This document shows positions 43,201-54,999 of a stretch of DNA of 64,000 nucleotides, in pieces. The notes beneath the pieces are model-generated. The model saw only the letters and a list, made by a program, of their open reading frames with translations, was not told the origin of the DNA and made no database searches. Position numbers and translations under genes: made by a program. How positions within the stretch are numbered: position 1 is the first letter of the stretch; each line of letters opens with the position of its first letter. The stretch comes from Tubiluchus corallicola (Eukaryota > Animalia > Priapulida): assembly GCA_030141605.1 (NCBI GenBank), contig JAQGDQ010000154.1:62001-126000 (forward strand), read 5' to 3'.

Positions 43201-44285
43201 AGTAAATATTAAAAGTAAAATTAATAGCTAAGCATCGCTGTTTAAGTTCCTAAATTAAAGAAATGGAAAACACAACTGCAGAGAAAGAGAAAGCCAAGCA
43301 ATGCAATTGACCTTGGCAGAATAACAACACAACATATTCAGGTTAGCAGCACAAGTCTGTTTAGAGATGTCAATCATATTTGTTAATAATTTTGGCTTTT
43401 AGTCTGCCAAGATCAGTTGTATAGTGCTTGTTTTTCTTTCTTTTCAGTTGCTTTTACTCTTTTTCTAGCTTATTTTTGAAAACTAATAACGCTTACCTAC
43501 TATTTTTGCTTTTAATCTTTACCAGCACACATTCTGTTTCAACATTTTTCTGTAATTTTCAGCTGATGGGGCCCGTTAGTGATCCTGAAAGAAATTAATA
43601 ATCTATTTTCAGACTATAAAAGAACTTTCAACGTTCTATTCCTGCAAAATATTTATTAATTAGGCGTATTATTATTGGCGGCATTTAGCATAGAATTTTC
43701 TTGCAGTATAAAATTTGCTTGGCATCTGTGGTGTTACCAAATTAAACAGCAAGAATTGTGATACGTGAAATAGCAAGGAAAAATTAGGAAGGAAAATGAG
43801 ATAGTTAGTCAGTTAGCAAATGTGTGAGTGAGTGAATAATTGATAATTGGTGACTGTGTCTGTGAGGACAAGAGAGGATGAGTGAGCGTATTAGAAACAT
43901 TATGTTATAATAAAAAAATTCACAAAAGTATGGACTGCTGTATCGTGCAAGGAAAGTTTCAACATTATGTACTTACGCGCTTAAAGATGCTCCAACCTGG
44001 GCTACTGATGATGTCCCCAGGCTGATGACTGAAACGATTTAGCAAACACTCCTTTGAAACCGAGTTGTAATTCACTGAATGACAGTTGCTGGTTTGCGTG
44101 CAGGTGGCAACACAAGTTATTTCACTTCGTCGAGATAAACTTGATATTCTAAAAGTATCTTTAACAACTTTATCTTGTTGAGAACCATATTCTCCATTAA
44201 CAATATTTACTGATGTACATTTCACAATTAGCAATGAAATTAAAACGCAAGTGAACAACTGTAGCTTCAATTCTTTGACTGACAT
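40209..44285 (-). CDS. Secreted PAN/apple + fibrinogen-related domain (FReD) protein, paralog 1, ~315 aa
   Basis: Exons 44285-43977, 43003-42881, 42494-42398, 41801-41640, 40465-40209, phases match. Hydrophobic signal peptide; PAN-like CxxxC...CHSVNYN...C; FBG motifs [72 protein letters not shown]. Confidence 0.93.
40854..41378. mobile_element. TTAA-targeting MITE (Kolobok-like), counterpart of 50724-51270
   Basis: TTAA|aggaagaccggacgattg ... caatcatacggttttcct|TTAA; internal sequence shared with the 50724 copy. Confidence 0.8.
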
Positions 44286-47200
44286 GTTTATTATTGTGCT
44301 TTCTCAGAAGCATCCATCTCACCAGAGCATCTCAATAACATCCAGTACACCTCAGCAGCATGCTCTTTCTTCTGATCTCTTATACACCTGTCATTATTCC
44401 CACAACATTTTGATTGTTCTTTCTTATAAATATTAATGAATGTTTGTCTCTTTCAGGTAAATTAATAATGTTTTTTTATAGATTTTGTACAAAGGACCCA
44501 GTACACTAATACATTTCTTGGATACTAGCTTCACGTTATTACCAATGCATGCCCTCTATAGTTGTTGGTTGCATGAAATCTGGACAGCTGCTGCTATAGT
44601 ATTACTGTTTTGATCATTAATGATGCTTTTTTATAGCACAGTAATGGATCAAGAGTCAAAATTATTGCATTTTGTGCAAATTTAGCTTCATGATTTACGT
44701 TATCTGTCAGCATTGAAACATTTTAATAAACTAATCCTTTCATTTTTACTATTTTTAATTACTGCCACTTTGTTATTGTTGGCAATGATATTATAACTTT
44801 GACAGTGGACATATTATAATGCATGCCGTTAGAGAACACTGCCACAGTTTGTTTAAAACTCTTTGTTTGAGACACTTGAGCAGTTTGCTTAATTCACGTT
44901 CATGACAGTAAATTCTCAGTTAATCCAGTAAGAAATATTGTATTATAATTATAATAATCTAGTGCATTTACACGATTCGTCAGTGAGCCTGGAGCGGCTT
45001 TTTTGATAACGCCTGAATTAGCTGCATATTAAACAGGCAAAATAATTCATTCGCTAATTGAGGTTCTAAATATTCCTTACTATTAGTGGTACAAGAGATG
45101 TTAGCTGACAAGCTAAAGGAGAAACTAATGCTGTTTTAAACACAGAATCAAACTGCAGGCAATAACTTTGTGTGCATTCCTAAATTTTTTTAGTAATAAT
45201 TACTGCGAAGATAAGTAAAGATAGGACCGATCTTAGTTTAACAAATTGTCATTCAGTTGCAAATTCACATTCCCTGGCTACAGAGCTGAATGATAATTAT
45301 AATGGAACATTTTTTTGTTGTAAAAATGCTCAAACTTTCAAAACTTGCCACTGTCTTGTGTCCATAACACAGCAATGTAAAGAATAAACTATGCAATAGT
45401 GAGACAGTAATATGGGCAACATGGATCGAAGTTCTGCATTGCAGACAAGATTGGGAAACACCGTTGCTTATTGAATCATTTGCAATTAATCATGTTTTAA
45501 GTGCTGGAGGTTGAAGTTATTACAAAATGCTTGGTGTATTTACATTTAACTGAATGCTTGATCGATTAACGTAACTTTTTGAAGAACGTGCAACAAAATA
45601 AAACTAAACTTTTTATTTTTTAGTAGAAGATCTACTATTATGTTTGGTTCAGTTGGAGTTTCGTTTATTTCTTCTTTCTTCTTCTACTGTTCTAAACACA
45701 TCTCTATACGTGCAGCCGCTGAGCCTTCACCCATTATTAAAGCACATCTTTTTTTCCTGTCTGCAGCTGAAGCTTAATTCCGACTCCTGTTATGCTATTA
45801 TTAAGCTTGTGTGTATTGTTCGCAGTCTAATTCTTTCTAGCATACAAGTTGAAAAAATTTCTAATACATTTGCAGCAAGACTTACTATGTTCGATGCATA
45901 GGTGCTACTTATGCCTTAACGGGCTTTCGATTCGCTGTTGCATCCAAACTCAATGCTTTCAATTTCAATGAATTGGCTCTCATGAAATTTTACTCATTTT
46001 TTGCATCAGTAATTATTAATAATATTATGTTGAAAAAGTTGAAAAATAAATTATTAATATTTGACAAACGTATGTCATACGTGTTTTAGTTTTGCTAATG
46101 AAAGACAATGCTTTATGTAATGAGGTGAAATCAGTCTTGTTGAGTAGCTGTCTCCATTTGAAGTTTATGGAAGAAAGGTCTGAAAAGTGGCACTTTTTTG
46201 GCTAATTACTGTTTGTGGCACTTTTTTGAGCAACCCTGTAAGTCACAAAAGCTGTTAGCAGACTGTGACATCATTGAGACAGGGGAAGTCATTTTCATAA
46301 TTTCTTGACGTGTTTGCAACAAAACTTTAAAATGAAAATCTTACAAAAAGTAATATGTGAGGAAAGCTTTGTGAAACCATTATAATTAACAATTTGCATA
46401 CTTTCCAAATTATGTTAAACAACTAAACCTAACGTTTTTTTCATGAAATCTTGCAATAACATACCTACTTTTACTATATATAAATGTTTTTACTTATGTA
46501 AGTTTATGTTATATACTCAACTTATAATAAGCGTGGGTAACAATTATCAATTCAATAATCCTTTTCACAGTTCCAGCGATTGATGATGATCATGAATAGG
46601 TCAGAGGTTAAGTGTAGCAGGCAACCCATTTGTGTATGCTTGACAATGCCTCGCAGGCTGTGATGTTGCAATAGCTACAATTTTAACAACTAGCTAAAAC
46701 CTTACCTAGTTCATTTTTTCTTATTTCTTTACCGAGCAAGATCCTGCTAGTAAATCAGTCTATGCACAGACTTTTACATAATTAAGTAAGTCCACGTAAA
46801 ACAACTGAAGTTACTGAACTGATGTGGCAAACGGTTTTGCTTTACCCAAGTGTCATGTGACGGTTGTAGTTGGAACACGTTGCCGTGGTACACTTAACCT
46901 GTGACCTACAGCAACTGCGCGTGCGCACAACAAAAAGGTTTATTAAATTGAATGTCATGTCAAGTGCAAACGTTAGCGTTTATAATTACACATAATTCTG
47001 GTTTTAATATTACACGAATGCTCACATGTAATTTAATTTTTTATTCGCACCAATAGCGGATCTGAGAGAAACCGCGCGTTGACTTATTTATTGTTTCTAT
47101 TTATGTTATGTTTGGCATTTCAATTTCATGTTTGCTTGCAAATGCAAACACCTAAATCCACGAAATAACTGAAAACAAGTAACTGCTGCATAACAAAAAC

Positions 47201-47289
47201 TTGAAAAATGTCAAATTCGGTTTCATCCACAAGAAGAGAAATTATAATTCATTCATGTTATTTATTTAAAATTTTAATGACATAATACA

Positions 47290-48225
47290 GGGGTAGACTC
47301 GCTCCCAGAAAAGATTTTTGACAGAAAATTTTTCCCCGACAATAAATTTCACAGAATTTTTTTACCAGAGTAATTTACTTCCCAGAAAAAATCCCAGAAA
47401 AGATATTTCCCAGAATTGCAGTTTCCCAGAACCGCCATTTCATGAAAAATAAAATTCACAGAAAATGTAATAAGTCCTTTTAGATAATGAACATTAAAAA
47501 CTTGTTTAAATGTGTGTATTGATTAATAGGATCGTATAATAAAAAAATGTTAACACGTTGGGGCACGAAAGTAGATTTGTAACGTCAGAACAATGCAATA
47601 CTGCTCAGTAATCGTGGCGTGCGATCCGTTACCAAAGTTAAGCAATGCCAAACCTGGCAACTGATTTGTTAGGAGACCGCTTAGGAATATCATTCGTGTG
47701 CTATTACTTTTACAGTGATTCCGAATTATTTTATTTAATCTTGATGTTTAGAGAAGATGTACAGTTTCATCTCATGGTATTATTTTGGTAATGGACTGGG
47801 ATCTGGTCCTATCACAAAATAATTTGTAAAAATTTTTTCGAAGCAGCATAAATTATTGGGCAAATGTTGACCCCAACATATTAACAAATCTGCCATTGTT
47901 CGCATGGTGTTTTCATTTTTTCGTAATATATTTATTAAAATTTATTTCAAATCCTATGAAGATCAATTATTGATTTTGAAGTGATTATATGCAGCAAATG
48001 ATACAATGCGATTGCTTTGAGAAAGCAATTTCATCCTAAAAAAAACTTTAAAATCTATCAACGAAGTATTAAAAGTTTAAACGAACTTTAAATGTTGCAT
48101 CATTTTAAATGGTTCTGATTTTTGATATTCATTAGTCAAAGTGTTTTAGGTAACGAAAGGAGAGCAGAAAGAGAAATAATGGAAGGTAGAGAGAGAGGGG
48201 GGACAAGGGAGAGAATGGATAAGAA

Positions 48226-48319
<94 letters not shown>

Positions 48320-48575
48320 CAGAGTAAGGAGGTAAAGAAGGAAGAGCAAACAGAGAAAGAGAAATCGGAGGCTTTTTCCTAGTAAAATAGCGATTTAACG
48401 ATTTAACGTAGCCTGATTTTTCTGTCAAAAACTCTTTCTGTTTTTTTTCTGTGAAATGCGTTTTCTAGGAAAAATATTTATCAGGGGGGGAAAAATTCGA
48501 CAATTTTTTCTGGGAAATGGTTTTCCTGGGAAAAACGTTTTCTGGAAAACACTTTCTGGGAAACGGAGCTAAACC
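47290..48575. mobile_element. GGGT-terminated TIR element with subterminal tttcccagaa repeats and an internal GA tract; truncated copy ~38630-39875, partial inverted copy ~430-690
   Basis: gggtagactcgctcccagaaaag ... ctttctgggaaacggagctaaaccc; cccagaa/ttctggg motifs repeat at opposite ends. Confidence 0.6.
48228..48317. repeat. (GA)n microsatellite
   Basis: Direct observation; a shorter, degenerate GA tract lies at the paralogous position ~39542-39564. Confidence 0.97.
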
Positions 48576-49027
48576 CAAATTACACGCAATTTTAAGACAG
48601 CGATACCATACATATTAAAATCGTGATAAGTTGATAAATATAGCATAAAATGCAAAAGACACAACTCAAAACACACACCAAAAAAGTGATTTGTGAGCAA
48701 TCTCAGTAACAAGGTAAGGAACAGAAAAAAACGAAATAAATATTTATTGAAGCAACAAGTATGGTATAAGTTAGATGTCATATTCCTGGACTAAGTTTTT
48801 AGTTTCTAACAAAAGTTATTTTTTATTGAATTAATTATTTATACCAAAACAACATTGCAGTATAACATTTTTAGACGAATAAAAGATTAAATAATAATAA
48901 TAATAAGTCCTAAAGAAACTATTATCGTCGTCATCATCATCGTTATCATAGTCATCATCACGCTATCATAATTATTATTTTGTTATTATTAACACGTGGA
49001 CTAGTGTCTTTCGTCATTGAAAGTGAT

Positions 49028-52000
49028 TTAGATTTCAGCTGCAAATAACTTCATTTCGCATGCTTTTAACGAATGTTGAGTATTGAAAGTTCCCCAACGT
49101 ATAGCTTTATCTAAATGTTCTGTATTGAAGTAGTCTCCGTTTAAGTTTACCCAATGACAACGATTGTACCAGAATGCACCAACCCACTGGACTGCACAAT
49201 TAATGTCTGCTTTATCCTGATCTTTGTCGTACGTTGAGAACTTCATATTGTTGTGGTTCGCAAGTGAATTACCTAGTGAAACGTATAAAAAATTACAATG
49301 TACAAGATGGGTCGCAAAAGTTGGACTCTGCCCAGAACCAGAGTAAGGTGTGTTGGACCAGCACCTTGTGCTCTGGCTCTCTCGTTTGCTCCGTGTCACC
49401 ACATGCTCACTTCCTGGCTCAAATTATACGTATTATGTGATACAAACTGTGTTACATTAGAATTACATAAAACAAACTCCATGGCTCCATGCATAATTTA
49501 TCCCATTTAAATTCTTTACTGAATTTGAAATTTGATTCAAATAAATCGGCTCCAAAAAAAGAAGGTACGATACCTGCCAACAGCAAAAATTGGTCATTTA
49601 CAGAATTAGAGGCCATTAGTTCTTGGAATAATCGACTTAACTAAGGCAAACATTAAAGGAAGACTGGGCAATTGTTTAGTTCCAGTTGACCCTGGAAGGC
49701 AATTGTTCTCCTATTTTGCGCCCTAGCGGGGTCGTGGGTGAACTACTCTCATTATAGCCTATCCTATTCAATCCGCCTCATGGAGACCTTTTATTTGATG
49801 TGCTACGAGGCACCATTGCTCAACACTCGGTGTACTTCTGTTCCCGACCCCCATTTTTCGCTTTTTGCCCCGTAGCGGAAAATTTTGCTACACGCGCACG
49901 TCCCATATTTTGTGACGTACAAGGCCACGACACCACCTAGCAACATACCAAATATGTGGCCCTAGCTCAAAAACTATAGGAGTAGATGGATCATAAAGAA
50001 AAATAAATGCAGGCCGCCCGATCCGACAACTCCGGTCACGTGTATACATAGATAACTTTGCCCCGAGAGCGTACCCTGTGAATTTTGTGTCCCTAGCTCT
50101 CAGCATGTAAAAGGTCGCCAATTGGGGACCCAAATTTTTGCATTTTGGCCCCTCCCTCGGGCGTTTAAAACTTGCCAGCTTTTTAAAAACACCAGGTGTA
50201 CATCTATGACACTTGACCCTGGCTTGCAAGGCTTACGAGTTATTATGTGTCAAAGTGGCGGAAAATAAATAAATAATAACTCAGTGAAAAACAGTAAGAT
50301 ATAGCAAAATCTTAATAAATAAATAACTGGATGAAAAACAGTAAGATTTTGCTATAGCAAAATCTTAATAACAATACTTCTGAGTGCGTTGTAAAAATTT
50401 TGCAACGTTCACGTACTTTCACCACAGCTTGCCTTCACAGCATTCACGCTCAGCAGACACCAGCTCAGGTCATTTTTTCAAATATGCCTGTAGTGACGTT
50501 CGGTTGGCGGGAGGTAAAAAATATTTAAATTTCTTTTGCATTTTTAAGCGAAACATTCTATGCGCATAAATTGTGTGGTGATTTCAATGTTTTCAATTAC
50601 ATATTAAAATGCAATAATTGTTGTTCGAGGGCTGGTTCTTCCTAAATAATTGTGCACTAAATAACTTATCCTCAGGAATTAAGTGAAAGAATCACAGAAA
50701 GGTCCAACCAATGTGTGTATTAAAGGAAAACCGGATGATTGCTTACACTCTTTTTAATTTTTACTGTCCAGAATATACTTTTTCTTGCCTATAAAAGTTA
50801 GCAATTGTTTCTTATATTTGAATAATTAGCTTGGAAAGCTAATTAACGGCAACCGAACACAGCTATTGCTTACGTCAGAAACTAACCACAGTTTGTGCGA
50901 TGGCAGGCATCTTCCCTTGCGCACCAAGCGCGGTTGCATAGGTGTTACAATACTGCTTAAAGGCATGCTGTCACGAAAAATGCGCTTTACATCGTATGAC
51001 GTCATGAAACTAACACGGCAGTACATGATCATGGTTATCACGGTACCGCCTTCTATTTGTCGGCCACGCGCACGTGACAAAAAGGCGCCGCTGCCAATCT
51101 TAGTAGATTCACTGAGCCGCGCGTTGCTTGGAAAGTTTAACGAAATTTGAGTATCCGAGGTAATTATTATTTAATCTAAGCTTTGATTTAAAGAAAAGGT
51201 ATAGTAGTTTTCAATATTTTAGAGCATTCCTTATTCTGAACTAATGTCTACACAATCATCCGGTTTTCCTTTAACGAATCTCTCTTATCTGATTTGAGAG
51301 CAACTCACTGTGCCCATACAAAGCAGTTCAGGTATCAAAGAATTTTACTACTTCCAGTGATCTGCAAAAATACCTAGAGAAATAGAAGCGATTGCCCAAA
51401 ACAGTTTAGGTTTTTGTTTTGCTAGCGACTGTCGACTTGCTCGTTAAGGCAACTATAATTACTCGATCCATGCATTTTAGTGCATATTTACGTCGTCACA
51501 TCATCTGCTCATTTCAAACATTTGAAAAGACTTTTATATACAGATAGTGATGAACCCACCTGCAGTTCCACTGTATCCACTAACGTGCAATGTATAATCA
51601 TCTCCTGGACCAACAGAAAACTGACTATATTCAGCATAAGCAGTTGTGTCCTGATAATTTGTCATATCCACTCGTAAAGAAGAAGCTTTTGTCGTAGTCA
51701 GCTGATGTATCTTCTCGTTACCTAAACATGCACATCATTCAAATCTCTTGGACAATCTTACCTGACAAACTTGCCTACAAAGCTTACATTTAATGCTATA
51801 GTACACCATGGTTTTCTTTTCAGAAAATAAAAAAAAACAGATAAAAAGATTTATTGCCAAAAATGGAACTTAAATAAATCCTTTGGAATTCCCTTAAAGA
51901 GAAAATGTACAGTGGCCGCACACAGCCGTTTGATGGAAAGCAACTAAGCATTGATGAAGGCAAGCATTGTTGAGTTTTTGGAGCAAATTTGCAAAATATC

Positions 52001-54144
52001 CATTGAAGAAATGAGAAACTGTATCAACTGTTGGAAGAAATGCTTTGTCTAATTTGCAGTGAAAATGATGGGCATATAGAACAATTACTGTAAATTATAG
52101 CAACAATAACAGGAAAAAAATTCCGGCATCATTTTCATTTTTTGACTTGCTGATTTAAAACTTCTGTATGTCTGGATAAATCCAAAGGAATGACCTAGAA
52201 TTTTTAGTGTTTGTCACAAGGATCTGTTACATCAATGCCATAATTTTCACGCAATTTGGCTATTTTCGTCTTACGAAATCGTGATCAAAATTTCAGCCAC
52301 ATGATATATAAAAGGCTTAGCTACATTACCTAACCAAAATTCGCCATTTAGGTTTCCAAATCCGCGTTTGTAATCATTCCATGGTCTGTAGAAAGATACA
52401 GAGCCATCCACTCGTCTTTGAAACACCTAAAAAAGGTGTTAACATTATACATTATTGACTTAAAATGATAATTAATCATATACACATTCCTTCTCTGGTT
52501 TTATATACACTTCAGCACAAGGCAAATCAAAACACAGCGTTCAATGGCAAGGCTTACTCAAGTTGATGTTTGTGGCAATACCGGAATTTAGCTGATTATC
52601 AAGGATAACCCTCAAAGAAAAAACAGTAAACAGATAGAGGGGTTTAGCCACATTTGGCTGGGGTACGTCCTCTACTTCCTTCTATAGATTTTGAATATCA
52701 AGTGTTTGTGAAATTTCTGATAGTGATCGACTATTATTGATTTAAAAAAATGTAATAACTTACAATTATGCATTGTGCATGTTGAATTACTATGTAAACT
52801 AATTATAACTCACTGCATATCCACGAGTTGCGTCCAGTTGACAATATACATCAAATGTCTGCAGTTGAGGTCTCACTGAGTAAACTCCAGAAGAACGAAC
52901 TCCTAGATCCCAAATTTCTCCACAATCCTGTGGTACCTTAATGAACAAAAACGTGTAAAATATTTAGAATATGAAAGCGCTTTATAGAGAATTGTCATTT
53001 TTTAACATGAGTAAAACGTTGAATGCTCTTTATGGTCTCAAAATAGATTATACTTTTTAGGAGCTTTTGCTCTTACGGGCGACATCAGTTGAAAATTACA
53101 GACAAAATGTTGAAGCGGTGTGTGCAAGTGCACAAGTAAAGATTAAAAGTAAAATTAATAGCTAAAGATCATTGTTTAAGTTCCTAAGTTAGAGAAATGA
53201 AAAAAGACAACTACAAAGAAAGAAAAAGCCAAACAATACAATTGACCTTGGCAGAATAACAACACAACTTATTCAGGTTAGTAACACATGTCTATTCAGA
53301 TATGTCAATTATCTTCTTTAATTAAGCTTTTTGTCTGTCTTTTTCTTTGCAGTCGCTTTTACTATTTCTCTAGCTTATTTTTTAAATCAATGAGGTTTAG
53401 CTATTATTTTGCTTTTAATCTATACTTGCACACTTGTATGTTCTGTTTTAACATTTTAATTCTAATTTTAAGCTGATGAGGCCCGCTAGGGATCCTAGGG
53501 AAATTAAAATCTATTTTGAGACTATAAAGAACATTTAACGTTCTATTCAGTGTAAAATATTCATTAATTAGGCTTATTATACTTGGCAACATTTAGCATA
53601 GAATTTTCTTTCAGTGTACAATTTGCTTGGCGTCTGTGAGTTTATCTAATGAAATCACAAGAATGGAGACACATGAGATAGCAGGTAAAAATTAGTAAGG
53701 AAGATGAGTGTGTTAGTCAGTTAGTAAATGTGTGACTGAGTGAGCATATTAAAAAACAATATGATGTAATAAAAAAATTCACAAAAGTATGGACTGCTTT
53801 ATCGTGCAAGGAAAGTTTCAACATTATATACTTACACGCTTAAAGACGCTCCAACCTGGGTTACTGATGATGTCCCCAGGCTGATGACTGAAACGATTTA
53901 GCAAACACTCCTTTGAAACCGAGTTATAATTCACTGAATGACAGTTGCTGGTTTGCGTGCAGGAGGCAACACAAGTTATTTCACTTCGTCGAGATAAACT
54001 TGATATTCTAAAAGTATCTTTAACAACTTTATCTTTTTGAGAACCATATTCTTCATTAGCAATATTTACTGATGTACATTTCACTATTAGCAATGAAATT
54101 AAAACGCAAGTGAACAACTGTATCTTCAATTCGTTGACTGACAT
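49028..54144 (-). CDS. Secreted PAN/apple + fibrinogen-related domain (FReD) protein, paralog 2, ~311 aa
   Basis: Exons 54144-53836, 52936-52814, 52426-52330, 51721-51560, 49272-49028; same structure as paralog 1, intact frame, last exon 12 nt shorter. Confidence 0.93.
49680..50372 (-). mobile_element. Helentron/HINE-like interspersed element, present only in FReD paralog 2 intron 4
   Basis: Absent from unit 1; perfect 26-bp palindrome taagattttgctatagcaaaatctta (50342-50367) next to (AAAT)n repeats; short hairpin at the other end. Classification is by resemblance only. Confidence 0.5.
50724..51270. mobile_element. TTAA-targeting MITE (Kolobok-like termini)
   Basis: TTAA|aggaaaaccggatgattg ... 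caatcatccggttttcct|TTAA, perfect 18-bp TIR. Confidence 0.85.
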
Positions 54145-54999
54145 GTTTATTATTGTGCTTTCTCAAAAGCATCCATCTCACCAGAGCATCTCAATAACAT
54201 CCAGAACACCTCAGCAGCATGCTCTTTCTTCTGATCTCTTATACACCTGTCATTATTCTCACAACATTTTGATTGTTCTTTCTTATAAATATTAACGAAT
54301 GTCTGTTCTTATAAATATTAACGAATGTCTGTCACTTTCAGGTAAATTAATAATGCTTTTTTATAGATTTTGTACAAAGAAGCCATTACAGTAATATATT
54401 CCTTGGATACTGGCTTCAAACTTCCCAATGCCGCCAACTCTAGTTTTTGGCTGCAATAAATATGGATCAGCTTCAGTTATAGTATAATTATTTTGATCAT
54501 TACTTTTTTATACTTTTTTATCTTGATGCTTTTTATAGCATAGTAGTGAATCGAGGGTCAAAGCTGCTATTTAGTTTGTGCCCATTTAGTTTCATAATTT
54601 AGGTGTAAATTATTCATAATTTTCAATAGTTTCATAATTTTTTTTGGTTGTAAAAATGTTTAAATTTTGAAAACTTGCTCTGTCTTGTGTACATAACAAA
54701 GCAATGTAAATAATGAACTATGCAATAGTGAGACAGTAATATGGGTAACATGGATCGAAGTTCTGCATTGCAGACAAGATTGGGAAACACTGTTGTTTAT
54801 TGAATCATTTGCAATTAATCACGTTTTAAGTGCTGGAGGTTGAAGTTATTACAAAATGCTTGGTGTATTTACATTTAACTGAATGCTTGGTCGATTAACG
54901 GAACTTTTTGAAGAATGTGCAACAAAATAAAACTAAACTTTTTATTTTTTAGTAGAAGATCTACTATTATGTTTGGTTCAGTCGGAGTTTCATTTATTT

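Noticed and set aside
48122-48428. ER/SL-repeat ORFs (also 39494-39877)
   Set aside because: Translation of GA-rich simple repeats inside a TIR element.
53465-53520. CTGATGA...GAAA hammerhead-like motif (paralog at ~43560)
   Set aside because: No convincing stem I or III and no NUH site; the paralog has CTGATGG.
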